Shown: one piece after another, positions 20,007-30,451 of the stretch
Layout of the letters: the number at the start of each line of letters is the position of its first letter
Numbering within the stretch: the first letter of the stretch is position 1
Assembly (NCBI GenBank): GCA_965216565.1
Contig: OZ244170.1
Location: 4,896,001-4,960,000, forward strand
Direction: 5' to 3'
DNA: 64,000 nucleotides
Source: Bythopirellula sp.
GTDB lineage: Bacteria; Planctomycetota; Planctomycetia; Pirellulales; Lacipirellulaceae
The notes under the pieces: generated by a model
Seen by the model: only the letters and a program-made list of their open reading frames with translations
Databases searched by the model: none
What the model was told of the DNA's origin: nothing
Program-made: the position numbers and the translations under genes

Positions 20007-21533
20007 ATGCGTAGCATGAAATTCTTTCCCGCCCTCATTCTCAGCCTGCTCTGTCTGTCTCTTCTTCAGACTACCAGCCAGGGACAGGTGACCCGAGATC
20101 CTGCAGTGCAAGCAGCCTACGATGAAGGAATGCAACTGCTGGAGGCTGAGGAATACGAAGCGGCCATTGAGAAATTCAACGAAGCCACGCAGATCGACGA
20201 TACCTTTGCCGAAGCGTACTTAGGTGCCGGCGATGCACTCCGAGCGTTGGAAGATTACCAAGCGGCGCTCCAATCCTACACCAAGGCCCGTGACCGGAAT
20301 CAGCAATTGGCTCGCGTCCACTTTGGACTGGGCATGTGTCATAAGGAACTAGGCCAATACGACCTGGCAGTGAACGACTTTTCCAACGCGGTCGACTTGG
20401 ATCGTCGCGATCCCGAGATTTTGGCTGAATTTGGGAAGATCTACTTGGAAGTCGGAAACCCTAGCAGCGCACTTAAGACGCTGGAGAATGCCGTCGAGCT
20501 AGATGACACCAATGCCGAGGCGTTCCGCGACCTTGGCTGGGCTCACACTCAGTTGGGGCAAACTGACGAAGCAATTGTGCAATTCGAGAAGTCGATTGAA
20601 CTCGATCCGAAGGATCACGAAACACACTATCGCCTGGCCAATTTAAGAATCTATTTGGAAGAGTATCCTGAGGCCATTGAGGCACTTACCGATACGATCG
20701 AGAGTTACGAGCCTGAAGAGCCCTCGGATCCCAACGATTTTATTAGTGGCTATCTAATCCGAGCCGATACCCGCCTAAGACTGGCTGGGGAAGAGGACAC
20801 TTCTGCGGAAGAGCGGGAGCAACTCTTCGAAAAAGTGCTGGAAGATACAGCCTTCATTCTTGATGAATATTCGGATCGAGATGCTGAAGTCGGCAATGCC
20901 CTGTACTTTCAAGGGACGGCATTGCGAATGCTGATGCGGTATGGTGAAGCGATCAAAGCACTAACCGAGGCAATTCAAATCGCCCCGGGCGGTTCAGCCG
21001 CTTACGTGGGCGAGGCTTTTCTGAAGCGAGGCATCTGCTGGTTGAAGCAGGGAGAACCCGATCTAGCGCGGCGAGATTTTGAACAAGCCGCGGCACTGAA
21101 CTACGAAGATCCGCTTCCTTACCTCTGGATTGGCTTCACGCACGCCTACGAAGAAGACTATCGAAAAGCGATCGAGAGCTATGGCGAGGCCGTGGCGAAA
21201 AACTCGCGGCAGACTTCAGCTTTTGTGAACCGTGGACTGGCCTACATGCAGGAGGAAGGATACAAGAAAGCGGTCGAAAACTTCAACGAAGCGATTCGTT
21301 TGGAGCCCAACGAAAGCGAACATTTCTACAAGCGTGGAATCGCCTACATGTGGCTAGAGGATTACGAAAAGGCATTCAGCTCATTCGAACTGGCCGTGCT
21401 GTATGACGACAAGAGCGAAAAGGCATTCCGAGCTGGCGCGCGTGCGTTGCGAGCATTAGATCGCGGAAGTCTTGCTGACGAATACGAAAGCCGCGCCAGC
21501 AGCCTGGAATCGCAGCCAGAATCCTCTTCCTAG
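20007..21533 (+). CDS. Exported tetratricopeptide repeat protein
   Basis: GAGGTG upstream; signal peptide; multiple TPR-like repeats. Confidence 0.9.
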   Translation: MRSMKFFPALILSLLCLSLLQTTSQGQVTRDPAVQAAYDEGMQLLEAEEYEAAIEKFNEATQIDDTFAEAYLGAGDALRALEDYQAALQSYTKARDRNQQLARVHFGLGMCHKELGQYDLAVNDFSNAVDLDRRDPEILAEFGKIYLEVGNPSSALKTLENAVELDDTNAEAFRDLGWAHTQLGQTDEAIVQFEKSIELDPKDHETHYRLANLRIYLEEYPEAIEALTDTIESYEPEEPSDPNDFISGYLIRADTRLRLAGEEDTSAEEREQLFEKVLEDTAFILDEYSDRDAEVGNALYFQGTALRMLMRYGEAIKALTEAIQIAPGGSAAYVGEAFLKRGICWLKQGEPDLARRDFEQAAALNYEDPLPYLWIGFTHAYEEDYRKAIESYGEAVAKNSRQTSAFVNRGLAYMQEEGYKKAVENFNEAIRLEPNESEHFYKRGIAYMWLEDYEKAFSSFELAVLYDDKSEKAFRAGARALRALDRGSLADEYESRASSLESQPESSS

Positions 21534-21689
21534 TAGTTCTACTGCGGATCGAATCAATAAGGCTGATGTTTTGCACTGTGCAAACATCAGCCTTTTTACG
21601 TTGGCCAGCTGCGGAAAGAGGACGCCACCGCTCGCCCGGTTGATCCGCGCATGGTATCCTAGGGCGATTCTATATTGGAGGATTGAGCC

Positions 21690-22175
21690 ACGAGTAAAAA
21701 GAACAAACCTAAGGCCGACGAAGATAAGAACGAACGCGTGATTGCCAACAATCGCAAGGCGCGTCACGATTATCACGTGCTGGAAACGCTCGAGTGTGGG
21801 ATTGTGCTCACCGGTAGCGAGGTGAAGAGCCTGCGCAATGGATTGCTCTCGATGGAAGAGGCCTATGCACGCGTCCAAGAAGACGAAGTGTGGCTCCTAG
21901 GGTGCAATATTCAGGAGTATTCTCACGCTCATCAGTTGAACCACGTCCCCAAAAGGCGACGGAAACTATTGCTGCACCGCCGCGAGATTCGCAAGTTTGC
22001 CGCGCAGGCCTACGAGAAGAATTTAACCCTCGTCCCGCTCAAGATGTATTTCAAGCGAGGCAGGGCGAAAGTTCTTTTAGGAGTTTGCAAGGGCAAGAAA
22101 CAATACGACAAGCGAGAGTCGCTGAAGAAGAAAGATATGCAACGCGACATCGATCGTGCTGTCAGGCGAGGATAG
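21690..22175 (+). CDS. smpB: SsrA-binding protein (start proposed at ACG 21690; first canonical start GTG 21738)
   Basis: IANNRKARHDY, GIVLTGSEVKSLR, RKLLLHRREI, GKKQYDKRE. Confidence 0.95.
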   Translation, partial: TSKKNKPKADEDKNERVIANNRKARHDYHVLETLECGIVLTGSEVKSLRNGLLSMEEAYARVQEDEVWLLGCNIQEYSHAHQLNHVPKRRRKLLLHRREIRKFAAQAYEKNLTLVPLKMYFKRGRAKVLLGVCKGKKQYDKRESLKKKDMQRDIDRAVRRG

Positions 22176-22180
22176 CTGAG

Positions 22181-23440
22181 TTAAGCGTCCGCACTCACCA
22201 TGAGGGCTACTGATTGCCCCGTAATCTTTTGGCTCAATCCCAAGATGGCGGGTGAGCGGGCAATTTGGTTGGAGGTAACGACGTTCACGGGGCACTCCGG
22301 ATCGGGTTCCGAATAGTTTAGCGTTGCGGGTACCAGGTTTTTCTCCATAGCCAGCATGCTGATCGCCAATTCTACGGCACCGCCGGCCGCCCCAATATTG
22401 CCTACCAGGCTCTTGGGGGCGGTGACTGGTACATCGCCGAGGATTTGGTTGATTGCCTGGGCCTCGACGGCATCTTCCAGTTTGGTTCCTATGCCGTGTG
22501 CATTAACATGGCCCAGTTCCGCGTCCGAGACATGGCTCATTCGCAGTGCCGTTTCAATAGCGTTGCGCGTTGCCTGTCCAGTTGGTTTTCGAGAAACCGC
22601 CGCGCTTTCAGCACTTCTGCCGTATCCTAAGACCCGCCCCAGAATCTTAGCACCTCGACTCTCGGCGTGAGATCGACTCTCGAGAACGAATGTCGCCGCC
22701 CCCTCGCTGTTTGCCGAACCGTCACGTCGCGCGTCAAATGGTCGACATGCCTCGGCAGGGTTGTCGATGTTCTTCGAAATTCTCGAACCCTGATGCCACA
22801 TCAGATCGATCCAGGAGAGCATCGTGCTCGAGGCACCGGTGAGCATCACATCGGCGTGCCCGCGATTGATGACATCCGTCGCTTCGATCATCGCCAGCAA
22901 TCCAGAAACGTCTCCCTCAATGATGGAGTTATTTGGGCCCCGCGCATCTTTGTAGATTCCAACATGGCAGGCGGCCATGTTGGGTAGATACTTGAGCATC
23001 CACAGTGGATAGAGCTCCCGCATTCCATCTCCCCAACGGGAGAAATCAAATTTGCCTTTCGGGCTCGCCTTTTGATAGAGGGGGCTCAGTTCATTGAGAT
23101 CCGAGCGATAGACATTGGCACCTGCCACCACACCCAGCCGCTCGGGGTCGACCGAGTTGTCCTCCAAAACAGCATCCTGCCAAGCCAATTCTGCGCTGGC
23201 AAAGGCCAGCTGAATTTCACGGGTCATCACCTTCAGGCTTTTCCGCGGCTTCACAAACTGCTTGGGCTCAAAGTTGGGGATTTCTCCGCCAAACGGGTAG
23301 GGGTAGCCCGCCTCTTCTAACCAGGGGATTCTGCGAATTCCGCTGTCCCCTCTGTCGATCGCCGTGCATACAGCCTCGCGGCCCACTCCCAGTGGGCAGA
23401 CGATTCCAATCCCAGTGATAACCACTTCTTGCACAGCCAC
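22181..23440 (-). CDS. Beta-ketoacyl synthase family protein lacking the catalytic Cys (chain-length-factor-like)
   Basis: VVITGIGIVCPLG, CRPFDARRDG, NAHGIGT, ATLNY; EGDVS in place of TACxS. Confidence 0.85.
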   Translation of the reverse strand: MAVQEVVITGIGIVCPLGVGREAVCTAIDRGDSGIRRIPWLEEAGYPYPFGGEIPNFEPKQFVKPRKSLKVMTREIQLAFASAELAWQDAVLEDNSVDPERLGVVAGANVYRSDLNELSPLYQKASPKGKFDFSRWGDGMRELYPLWMLKYLPNMAACHVGIYKDARGPNNSIIEGDVSGLLAMIEATDVINRGHADVMLTGASSTMLSWIDLMWHQGSRISKNIDNPAEACRPFDARRDGSANSEGAATFVLESRSHAESRGAKILGRVLGYGRSAESAAVSRKPTGQATRNAIETALRMSHVSDAELGHVNAHGIGTKLEDAVEAQAINQILGDVPVTAPKSLVGNIGAAGGAVELAISMLAMEKNLVPATLNYSEPDPECPVNVVTSNQIARSPAILGLSQKITGQSVALMVSADA

Positions 23441-23720
23441 TATCCACTCAGATAGGAGGACCCAGGGATTCCGATGAACGATTCGCCCGGGCGGTAGTTT
23501 GCGGATGACTTAATGTCGAAGAACCTCAGTTTATCTCGCCAATAGCAGAGCAACAAGCAGCGACCTCGAGACTCGGTGACCTAGCCTCACATACGTGACC
23601 GAGATACACTTAAGGTTCCCAGAAACACCAACTCCGAACCCACCGATACAGTTTGCCGAAATCTCAAAGTCGGTCTCTCTCATCGAGCCTCGAGATTCGA
23701 ATACTGTAGCGAGAAATCCC

Positions 23721-24839
23721 GTGTCGCAAGTCGCAGAAGATATCACAGAAGCACAGGAAGCAGCCGCCGGGGGCTTTTCTCTTTCAGAAGCCCGGACGAT
23801 CGTGGGCAACTTTTTCCGTCCCAATCCTTGGATCTACTGGACCGACTTTCTTACCAGTTGGACGGTTGGCGTCGCCACATTCGGCCTGGCCGCTTCGCCC
23901 CATGTGCTCACCACAGTCAGCGCCTGGCACTGGCCGATCCGGATTGTCTGCTTCGTTGTCTCATCGCTCCTTTATTATCGATGTTCTTTATTTATCCACG
24001 AACTGGTTCATATTCGCGCAGGTGAATTTCGCGCATTCAGATTTGTGTGGAACATGCTCTGCGGGATTCCATTCCTAGTACCCTCCTTTGTGTATTACAC
24101 GCACCTCGACCATCATCGACGCAAGCACTACGGCACCGAAGGGGATGGCGAATATATCCCGCTGGCCAATCTGCCCGCGTGGCAAATTCTAGTTTACCTC
24201 TCTCAAATATTAGTGATCCCAATTGTGGCTGTGGTCCGTTTCGGAGTGCTCACGCCGCTCAGTTGGGTGAGCGGAACGGTCCGCGACTGGGTCCACAAAC
24301 ATGTCTCGTCCATGATTATGGACCCCATGTATGTGCGGCCTTTACCGACCAAACGCACGCGGCAAATTATGCGACTGCAGGAGTTCTTCTGCTTTCTATG
24401 GATTTGGTTTATCGCCATCAGGCTGACAACTTCCTTTGGGCTGTTTTTCAAAGAACCCATGCCGCTGACGTTTCTGTTGCATGCTTATCTCACTGGGGTG
24501 TTCATTTTGACGATCAATGCGATCCGCACGCTGGGAGCCCATCGCTGGACCAATCCCGATGGCGAGCAAATGACGTTTGTCGAGCAAATGCTCGATTCGG
24601 TCAACTATCCAAAGAATCCTTTTATTGGGGGTCTGTGGGCACCAGTGGGATTGCGTTTCCATGCCCTACACCACATCTTCCCGACGATGCCCTACCATGC
24701 CCTGGCAACAGCTCATCGGCGGCTGATGCGCGAGTTGCCAGCAGACTCGCCCTATCGTCGCTGCAACGCGGATTCCTTGGCCGATGTGATTGGAACCCTG
24801 TGGCGCCGTGCCCGAGCTAGTGGATCCCGATCCGATTAG
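23721..24839 (+). CDS. Membrane fatty acid desaturase family protein
   Basis: His boxes HELVH, HLDHH, HALHH; TM segments; start uncertain (23595 or 23721). Confidence 0.85.
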   Translation: MSQVAEDITEAQEAAAGGFSLSEARTIVGNFFRPNPWIYWTDFLTSWTVGVATFGLAASPHVLTTVSAWHWPIRIVCFVVSSLLYYRCSLFIHELVHIRAGEFRAFRFVWNMLCGIPFLVPSFVYYTHLDHHRRKHYGTEGDGEYIPLANLPAWQILVYLSQILVIPIVAVVRFGVLTPLSWVSGTVRDWVHKHVSSMIMDPMYVRPLPTKRTRQIMRLQEFFCFLWIWFIAIRLTTSFGLFFKEPMPLTFLLHAYLTGVFILTINAIRTLGAHRWTNPDGEQMTFVEQMLDSVNYPKNPFIGGLWAPVGLRFHALHHIFPTMPYHALATAHRRLMRELPADSPYRRCNADSLADVIGTLWRRARASGSRSD

Positions 24840-24957
24840 TTGTACACCAAGAATTTGCCGACCCTTGGCAGCCCGACATGTAGTTCTATACTGAACGCTT
24901 TAGATGTTAGGTGACGCGCCTAGCCAATAACTCCCGTGTTTCGAAGGATATTCTCAC

Positions 24958-25785
24958 GTGGATCACGCATCGCAACCGTTCTTGGTTCGCCACGATTTTC
25001 TCATACGTCGCCTGCACTCTCTCTCTGGCCTGATCCCTGTGGGGGCTTATATGGTGGTGCATCTGACGGTGAATGCCAGCGTCGTCGAAAGCCCCGCGAC
25101 GTTTCAGAAGAACGTTTACCAAATCCATAGTCTAGGGGGACTACTGCCACTGGTGGAGTGGGCGTTTATCTTCCTGCCGATATTATTTCACGCCATTGTT
25201 GGCATGGTGATTGTTGCCGGCGGAATGCCGAATTCCAATCAATACCGCTACGGCCCCAACTATCGCTACACGCTCCAGCGGGCCACGGGCATGATCGCGT
25301 TTGTCTTCATCGTGTTACATGTGTTTCATATGCACGGTTGGTTTCATGCCGACGTGTGGCTGGAGAACGTGGTTCGGCCACTCGGCGGCGGCAAATTCAA
25401 GGCATTCAGCGCTGCCTCAACGGCTGGGGAAGCGTTGCAAGACATTACAATTCTGGCCTTCTACATCATCGGCATCTTGTCTTGCGTCTACCATCTCGCC
25501 AATGGCATGTGGACGATGGGAATCACCTGGGGTGTTTGGACAAGTCCCAAAGCGCAAGCATGGGCTTCGAAGTTTTGCACCGGCTTTGGCCTATTGTTAG
25601 CCGTCGTTAGCATGACCGCCCTGTTTGGCATGCGAGCCGTGGGCCAAGGCGACGCCCTCCAGCAGGCGATCGAAGTAGAAGATCAAATGTACGAACACAA
25701 AACCGCTTCCGGAGAACTATCCCCGAACGATCACAAACGGCGTGGGTCAAACCACGGCAATACAGAGGACAAAACGGACGAATAG
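24958..25785 (+). CDS. sdhC: Succinate dehydrogenase cytochrome b558 subunit
   Basis: RRLHSLSGLIPVG, LQRATG, YHLANG..WG. Confidence 0.93.
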   Translation: MDHASQPFLVRHDFLIRRLHSLSGLIPVGAYMVVHLTVNASVVESPATFQKNVYQIHSLGGLLPLVEWAFIFLPILFHAIVGMVIVAGGMPNSNQYRYGPNYRYTLQRATGMIAFVFIVLHVFHMHGWFHADVWLENVVRPLGGGKFKAFSAASTAGEALQDITILAFYIIGILSCVYHLANGMWTMGITWGVWTSPKAQAWASKFCTGFGLLLAVVSMTALFGMRAVGQGDALQQAIEVEDQMYEHKTASGELSPNDHKRRGSNHGNTEDKTDE

Positions 25786-25803
25786 GACAAGATCGCAGCG
25801 TTC

Positions 25804-25827
25804 CTCTGCGTCTTTGCGCCTCTGCGA
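25804..25827. repeat. Degenerate 8-mer tandem repeat (3 units)
   Basis: CTCTGCGT CTTTGCGC CTCTGCGA between sdhC and sdhA. Confidence 0.55.
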
Positions 25828-25854
25828 GAACCCCCAATCGAAAGCACGAAATAA

Positions 25855-27861
25855 ATGAGCAAGCAACGCGTATTGGTTGTCGGTGGTGGCCTGGCAGGGT
25901 TGGCGGCGACTATGAAGTTGGCCGAACAGGGAATTCATGTCGACTGCATGAGTCTCACGCCCGTCAAGCGATCGCATAGCGTCTGCGCCCAGGGTGGCAT
26001 CAACAGCGTCAATGAACTCACCCGCCAACAGGGCGACAACGAGTGGCTGCACTTCGACGACACGGTGTACGGCGGGGACTTCCTGCAGCATCAGCCGCCG
26101 GTGAAAGAGATGGCCGATTGGGCTCCGCGGATTATCGACCTCATGGACCGTCTGGGTGTGCCCTTCAACCGCACGCCTGAGGGCTTCCGAGACCAACGCC
26201 GCTTTGGAGGCACACTCTTCAAGCGTACGGCTTTTGCCGGAGCTACTACGGGGCAGCAGCTACTCTATGCACTCGACGAACAAGTCCGCCGCTGGCACAA
26301 CAGCGACATGGTGGACATGTACGAGGGCTGGGACTTTTTGAGCCCTGTACTGGACGACGATGGGCGTTGCCGTGGAGCGATCGCTCAGAACCTAGTCACC
26401 ATGGAAATCCGAGCATTCCCCGCCGATGCGGTTATCCTAGCCACCGGTGGCTGCGGGCTGATTTACGGCCGTAGCACGATGTCTATGGCCTGCACGGGGA
26501 GTGCCGTCAGTCGAGCGGCCCGAGCCGGTGCCAAATATGGCAATGGCGAGTTCATCCAGGTGCATCCTACGGCGATCCCCGGAGCGGACAAACTACGCCT
26601 AATGAGCGAGAGCGCGCGTGGCGAAGGGGGCCGAGTTTGGGTGCCCAGAAAACCACACGACTCGCGTGAGCCGGGTGAAATTCCAGAATCGGAGCGTTAC
26701 TACTTCTTAGAAGAACGCTACCCCGAGTATGGCAACCTGGTTCCTCGCGATATTGCGACGCGAGAGATATTTAACGTCTGTGTGAATGAAGGCTTGAGTG
26801 TCGAGACCGACCGTCAATGCGTGTACCTCGACCTGACTCACATTTCTCGCGCCGAGCTCGATCGCAAGCTCGGTGGCATCCTGCACATTTACGAAAAGTT
26901 CCAAGGTGTCGACCCTCGTGATGAACCAATGAAGATTTTTCCCGCGGTTCATTATTCGATGGGCGGTTTGTGGGCCGGCTACGAACGCACCGCGGCTGGT
27001 GGATTGCAGGCGGGTTCGGTGGCCAATCATCAAACGAATATCCCCGGCCTGTTTGCCATCGGCGAGTGCGACTACCAGTATCATGGTGCCAATCGTTTGG
27101 GGGCCAACTCGCTGCTGTCTTGTATCTTTACAGGATTGTTCGTCGCACCCGGCATCGAGAACATGCTGAAGTCGCTACCCGACTCGGCCCATGACGAGAA
27201 GTACGACACCCTGCACCGTGGCCAGCGAGCTGTCAAACAATTGGAGCACGACGATTTGCTCAAACGTACCGGTGGCCGTGAGAATCCCTACCTAATTCAT
27301 CAAGAGTTGGGCAACGAGATGACCAAAGCGGCAACCGTGGTCCGCGACAACGATCAACTCACTGCCGCTGTGGATAAGGTGAACGAACTGTCCGAACGGG
27401 TAACGCAGTGCTCGCTATCCGACACAGGGCAATGGACCAACCAGAATGTGATGTTCACCAAGGCCCTTCGCGATATGTTCCCCATCGCCAAGTCAATCCT
27501 CAAAGGAGCATTGGCTCGCGACGAGTGCCGTGGCGCGCACTTCAAACCTGCGTTTGCCATGCCAGGAATCGACGCCGAGGAGCCCGCCGAAAAGCGTCGC
27601 CAAGCTGAACAATGGTGCGATGCATTCGAAAAGAAGAACCAGAAATGGCTTAAGTCGACGATTTCAGAAATCGACAAGCAGGGCGAACCCACACTTAGCT
27701 ACGAGGACGTCGACACATCGCTCATTCCACCCCGGCCTCGATTATACGGGCTAGTGGGAGCCGAAGTGATTGAAGAAGTTTGGAAGGAGAGACAGGCCGC
27801 CCAGAGCGGTGCTACCAATGGGGCAGCAGCAAAAGCAACAGGAACTGTCTCGGCAAGCTAA
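25855..27861 (+). CDS. sdhA: Succinate dehydrogenase flavoprotein subunit
   Basis: GGGLAG, RSHSVCAQGGIN, QVHPT, HYSMGG, HGANRLGANSL. Confidence 0.97.
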   Translation: MSKQRVLVVGGGLAGLAATMKLAEQGIHVDCMSLTPVKRSHSVCAQGGINSVNELTRQQGDNEWLHFDDTVYGGDFLQHQPPVKEMADWAPRIIDLMDRLGVPFNRTPEGFRDQRRFGGTLFKRTAFAGATTGQQLLYALDEQVRRWHNSDMVDMYEGWDFLSPVLDDDGRCRGAIAQNLVTMEIRAFPADAVILATGGCGLIYGRSTMSMACTGSAVSRAARAGAKYGNGEFIQVHPTAIPGADKLRLMSESARGEGGRVWVPRKPHDSREPGEIPESERYYFLEERYPEYGNLVPRDIATREIFNVCVNEGLSVETDRQCVYLDLTHISRAELDRKLGGILHIYEKFQGVDPRDEPMKIFPAVHYSMGGLWAGYERTAAGGLQAGSVANHQTNIPGLFAIGECDYQYHGANRLGANSLLSCIFTGLFVAPGIENMLKSLPDSAHDEKYDTLHRGQRAVKQLEHDDLLKRTGGRENPYLIHQELGNEMTKAATVVRDNDQLTAAVDKVNELSERVTQCSLSDTGQWTNQNVMFTKALRDMFPIAKSILKGALARDECRGAHFKPAFAMPGIDAEEPAEKRRQAEQWCDAFEKKNQKWLKSTISEIDKQGEPTLSYEDVDTSLIPPRPRLYGLVGAEVIEEVWKERQAAQSGATNGAAAKATGTVSAS

Positions 27862-27892
27862 GGCATCAAGGAAGATAATACTTCTCCTTGAT

Positions 27893-27919
27893 CCCTCGCC
27901 CCTTTGGAGAGAGGCCAGG
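27893..27919. repeat. Degenerate copy of the CCCTCGCCCC...GGAGAGG palindromic repeat
   Basis: CCCTCGCCCCTTTGGAGAGAGGCCAGG, matches 53596-53632. Confidence 0.6.
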
Positions 27920-28068
27920 CAACGAAGGATGGGCTAGAGCGAAGCGGCAGCCCCTCGATTTAGCTAAACGGACGTCAAATCGATCTGGGCAAGAGCCCAC
28001 TGTTTCCTATGATACCAATGTTAAACTAACTTTCCGCACACGAGATTCTGCAAGGAATTCCAACCACG

Positions 28069-28911
28069 ATGATTGCACACGCCAAGAAGCCATCTTCCTT
28101 TGAAGTTCGCATTCTCCGCCAGGACGGACCGGGCGAGTCCAATTATTGGGAACGGCACCGGATCACCTACGAACCCAATCTGAACGTGATTAGCGTCCTA
28201 CAGAAAGTCGCTGCCCAGGCGACTACCTCCGAGGGCAAGATGACGGCTCCGGTCGCGTGGGATTGCAATTGCCTAGAGGAAGTTTGCGGTGCCTGCACGA
28301 TGCTGGTCAATGGCCAAACGCGGCAGGCTTGTTCGGCTTTGGTCGATAAATTGCTTGCCGATCAGCCTGGCAGTATTGAGCTTCAGCCTATGTCTAAGTT
28401 CCCCGTACTGCGTGACCTAGTTGTCGATCGTAGCCGGATGTATCGAGCACTGGAACGTGTGAAGGCTTGGATCCCCGTGGATGGCTACGGCGACCGAGGT
28501 CCCGGTCCCCGCGAATCTCAAGAATCGCAACACATCCGTTATCCGTTATCGGAGTGTATGACCTGTGGTTGCTGCGTCGAGGCTTGCCCGCAGTATTCCA
28601 AGGTGGAACTCACCCAACGGACCGGCGAGACCGACGAAGAGTTCGAAGCACGCCAGAACGCGGCTTACGACGAAGGCTTTGTCGGAGCCGCTGCGATCAG
28701 CCAGGCGATTCTCTTCAACGAACATCCCACAGGCCACATGCAAGCCGGCGAGCGTCTCAATGCCTTGATGGGCCCTGGTGGTATCCAAGAATGTGGCAAC
28801 GCACAGAACTGTGTCGCGGTGTGCCCCAAGGAGATTCCGCTGACCACCTCGATCGCCAAGGCCGGACGTCAGACTACGCTGCACATGATCAAGCGTTGGT
28901 TTGATCGGTGA
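28069..28911 (+). CDS. sdhB: Succinate dehydrogenase iron-sulfur subunit
   Basis: CLEEVCGAC, CMTCGCCVEACP, CGNAQNCVAVCP. Confidence 0.97.
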   Translation: MIAHAKKPSSFEVRILRQDGPGESNYWERHRITYEPNLNVISVLQKVAAQATTSEGKMTAPVAWDCNCLEEVCGACTMLVNGQTRQACSALVDKLLADQPGSIELQPMSKFPVLRDLVVDRSRMYRALERVKAWIPVDGYGDRGPGPRESQESQHIRYPLSECMTCGCCVEACPQYSKVELTQRTGETDEEFEARQNAAYDEGFVGAAAISQAILFNEHPTGHMQAGERLNALMGPGGIQECGNAQNCVAVCPKEIPLTTSIAKAGRQTTLHMIKRWFDR

Positions 28912-29093
28912 GGCTGGGAGGCTTTGAGGCTGGTGAATTTGAGGCAATCTTTGGGGCGTCCGCTTTAGTTGGGATGTTTCGCCTTCCGCCCTGCTCTCTT
29001 GCCCGTTTCTCACCGAGTGCTGGACCGTTTCGTGGGGAATCCCCTACAATAATTTGTGGGGATACATCCGTCAGCGGAGATAAGGAACCAGCG

Positions 29094-29342
29094 ATGAAGA
29101 AACTATTTCTCTTGGCCGCCCTGTGTTGTCTGGCTTTTGCTACCGAAGCCCAAGCGCAGTATTACTACTCCAACTCGCCGTACTACTACGCGCCCCGTTA
29201 CCAATACCGCGGACCGATTTTCTACAACGCGGATATGTATCTCAACGAATCGATGTACAACACGCGTCGTTTCTACAACTTCAACGGAGCCCGTGCGTTT
29301 ACTAGCGGAGGCAGCTACAACCTGGGCTACTACGGGTACTGA
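29094..29342 (+). CDS. Small secreted Tyr-rich protein (82 aa)
   Basis: TAAGGA upstream; signal peptide ending AQA; Tyr-rich mature part. Confidence 0.75.
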   Translation: MKKLFLLAALCCLAFATEAQAQYYYSNSPYYYAPRYQYRGPIFYNADMYLNESMYNTRRFYNFNGARAFTSGGSYNLGYYGY

Positions 29343-29512
29343 TCCAATTGCTGGGTTGCCCCTGTCGATTAACCTAGCCGCCTGCGTTCGCGTACCGCCA
29401 TGAGGTTAGCGGTGTCTGCCAAGACTCTGTGAAAGTTCTATGATGCTTCGGAACACCAACAAGGGCCGAGACCGACCGTGCATAGCTCGGCGGAGATAAT
29501 CGTTATTGTCAG

Positions 29513-30145
29513 TCACGCTTCAGTCAATAAGTACATCAACTGAGAGTTCTGGTGTTTCTTAGCAAGTGTAGCAATTGGGCCGATAAAACTTAATGCTTCG
29601 TCAATAGTCAAATCATCCTTAATTCGATCGCCACTGGTTGCATGGGTGAAGTTCGGTGTAGACATTTCCGTCGCCCATATTTTCGCAATTTTGTTGAGGG
29701 TCAATTCGTCAGTTGATTTCAAGCGATCAACAAACTCATTGGGCAACTCCTGGATTCCAGCCCCTACAGATGGGTGGGCATAGAGGGCGGTTTCGAGATT
29801 CTTTTTTTCGGAACCGGTTGTAGCAGCGACAAGTGGTTCGAGTTCAACCGATGTGATGTTTTTCGCACACCAATGAGGCATCGATCGAACAAACTGGGGA
29901 ATCCGGTTCTCAAGGTAAGTGTCGTAATCGTCTTCAATAGGGACGACACCGACTTCCGGCTTTGCGAAATCATCGGGGTCTATGTCGTCCCAATCTGGTT
30001 CGCGTGTTTCCACAGTCATTTCTTCTTGGGTGAAAGGATTAATATGCGTCTGACTAACGGCTTTGGGTAGGGGGAGCTTCCATCCGGGAAAAGCAATAGG
30101 TAGTTGATTAGATTCACAAAGAAAGAGAGTTGTGTAGATGGCCAT
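29513..30145 (-). CDS. Hypothetical protein
   Basis: 210-aa ORF, GGAAGG upstream, no recognised motif. Confidence 0.65.
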   Translation of the reverse strand: MAIYTTLFLCESNQLPIAFPGWKLPLPKAVSQTHINPFTQEEMTVETREPDWDDIDPDDFAKPEVGVVPIEDDYDTYLENRIPQFVRSMPHWCAKNITSVELEPLVAATTGSEKKNLETALYAHPSVGAGIQELPNEFVDRLKSTDELTLNKIAKIWATEMSTPNFTHATSGDRIKDDLTIDEALSFIGPIATLAKKHQNSQLMYLLTEA

Positions 30146-30451
30146 TGTGACCTTCCCGGAGTCGTCTACTCCGCTTTAGATTTAGATGCTGACTAGTCCG
30201 CTATGAACTATGCGGCGTCTCGCACAGAATATAGACGTTCTCATTCACAGTAGCGAGTTATTCTGGTGATTTATCTTGTCCAGAGGCGGGATTTTCAAAG
30301 CCGCCCCGCTCAAAATGGCTGATGTAGATCTGGCAAAAGTACATTGGCTGTGCCTGAGCGGATAGACGACGAATTGCGTTCTCGCTTGACGAGATCCGAA
30401 CCCATGAGCCTAACGGAGGCAGCCTACGAAAATCTCGCCCTGCCCTACCTT

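Noticed and set aside
24047..24820. 257-aa alternative-frame ORF
   Set aside because: Lies within the desaturase gene; Arg/Pro-rich, no motifs
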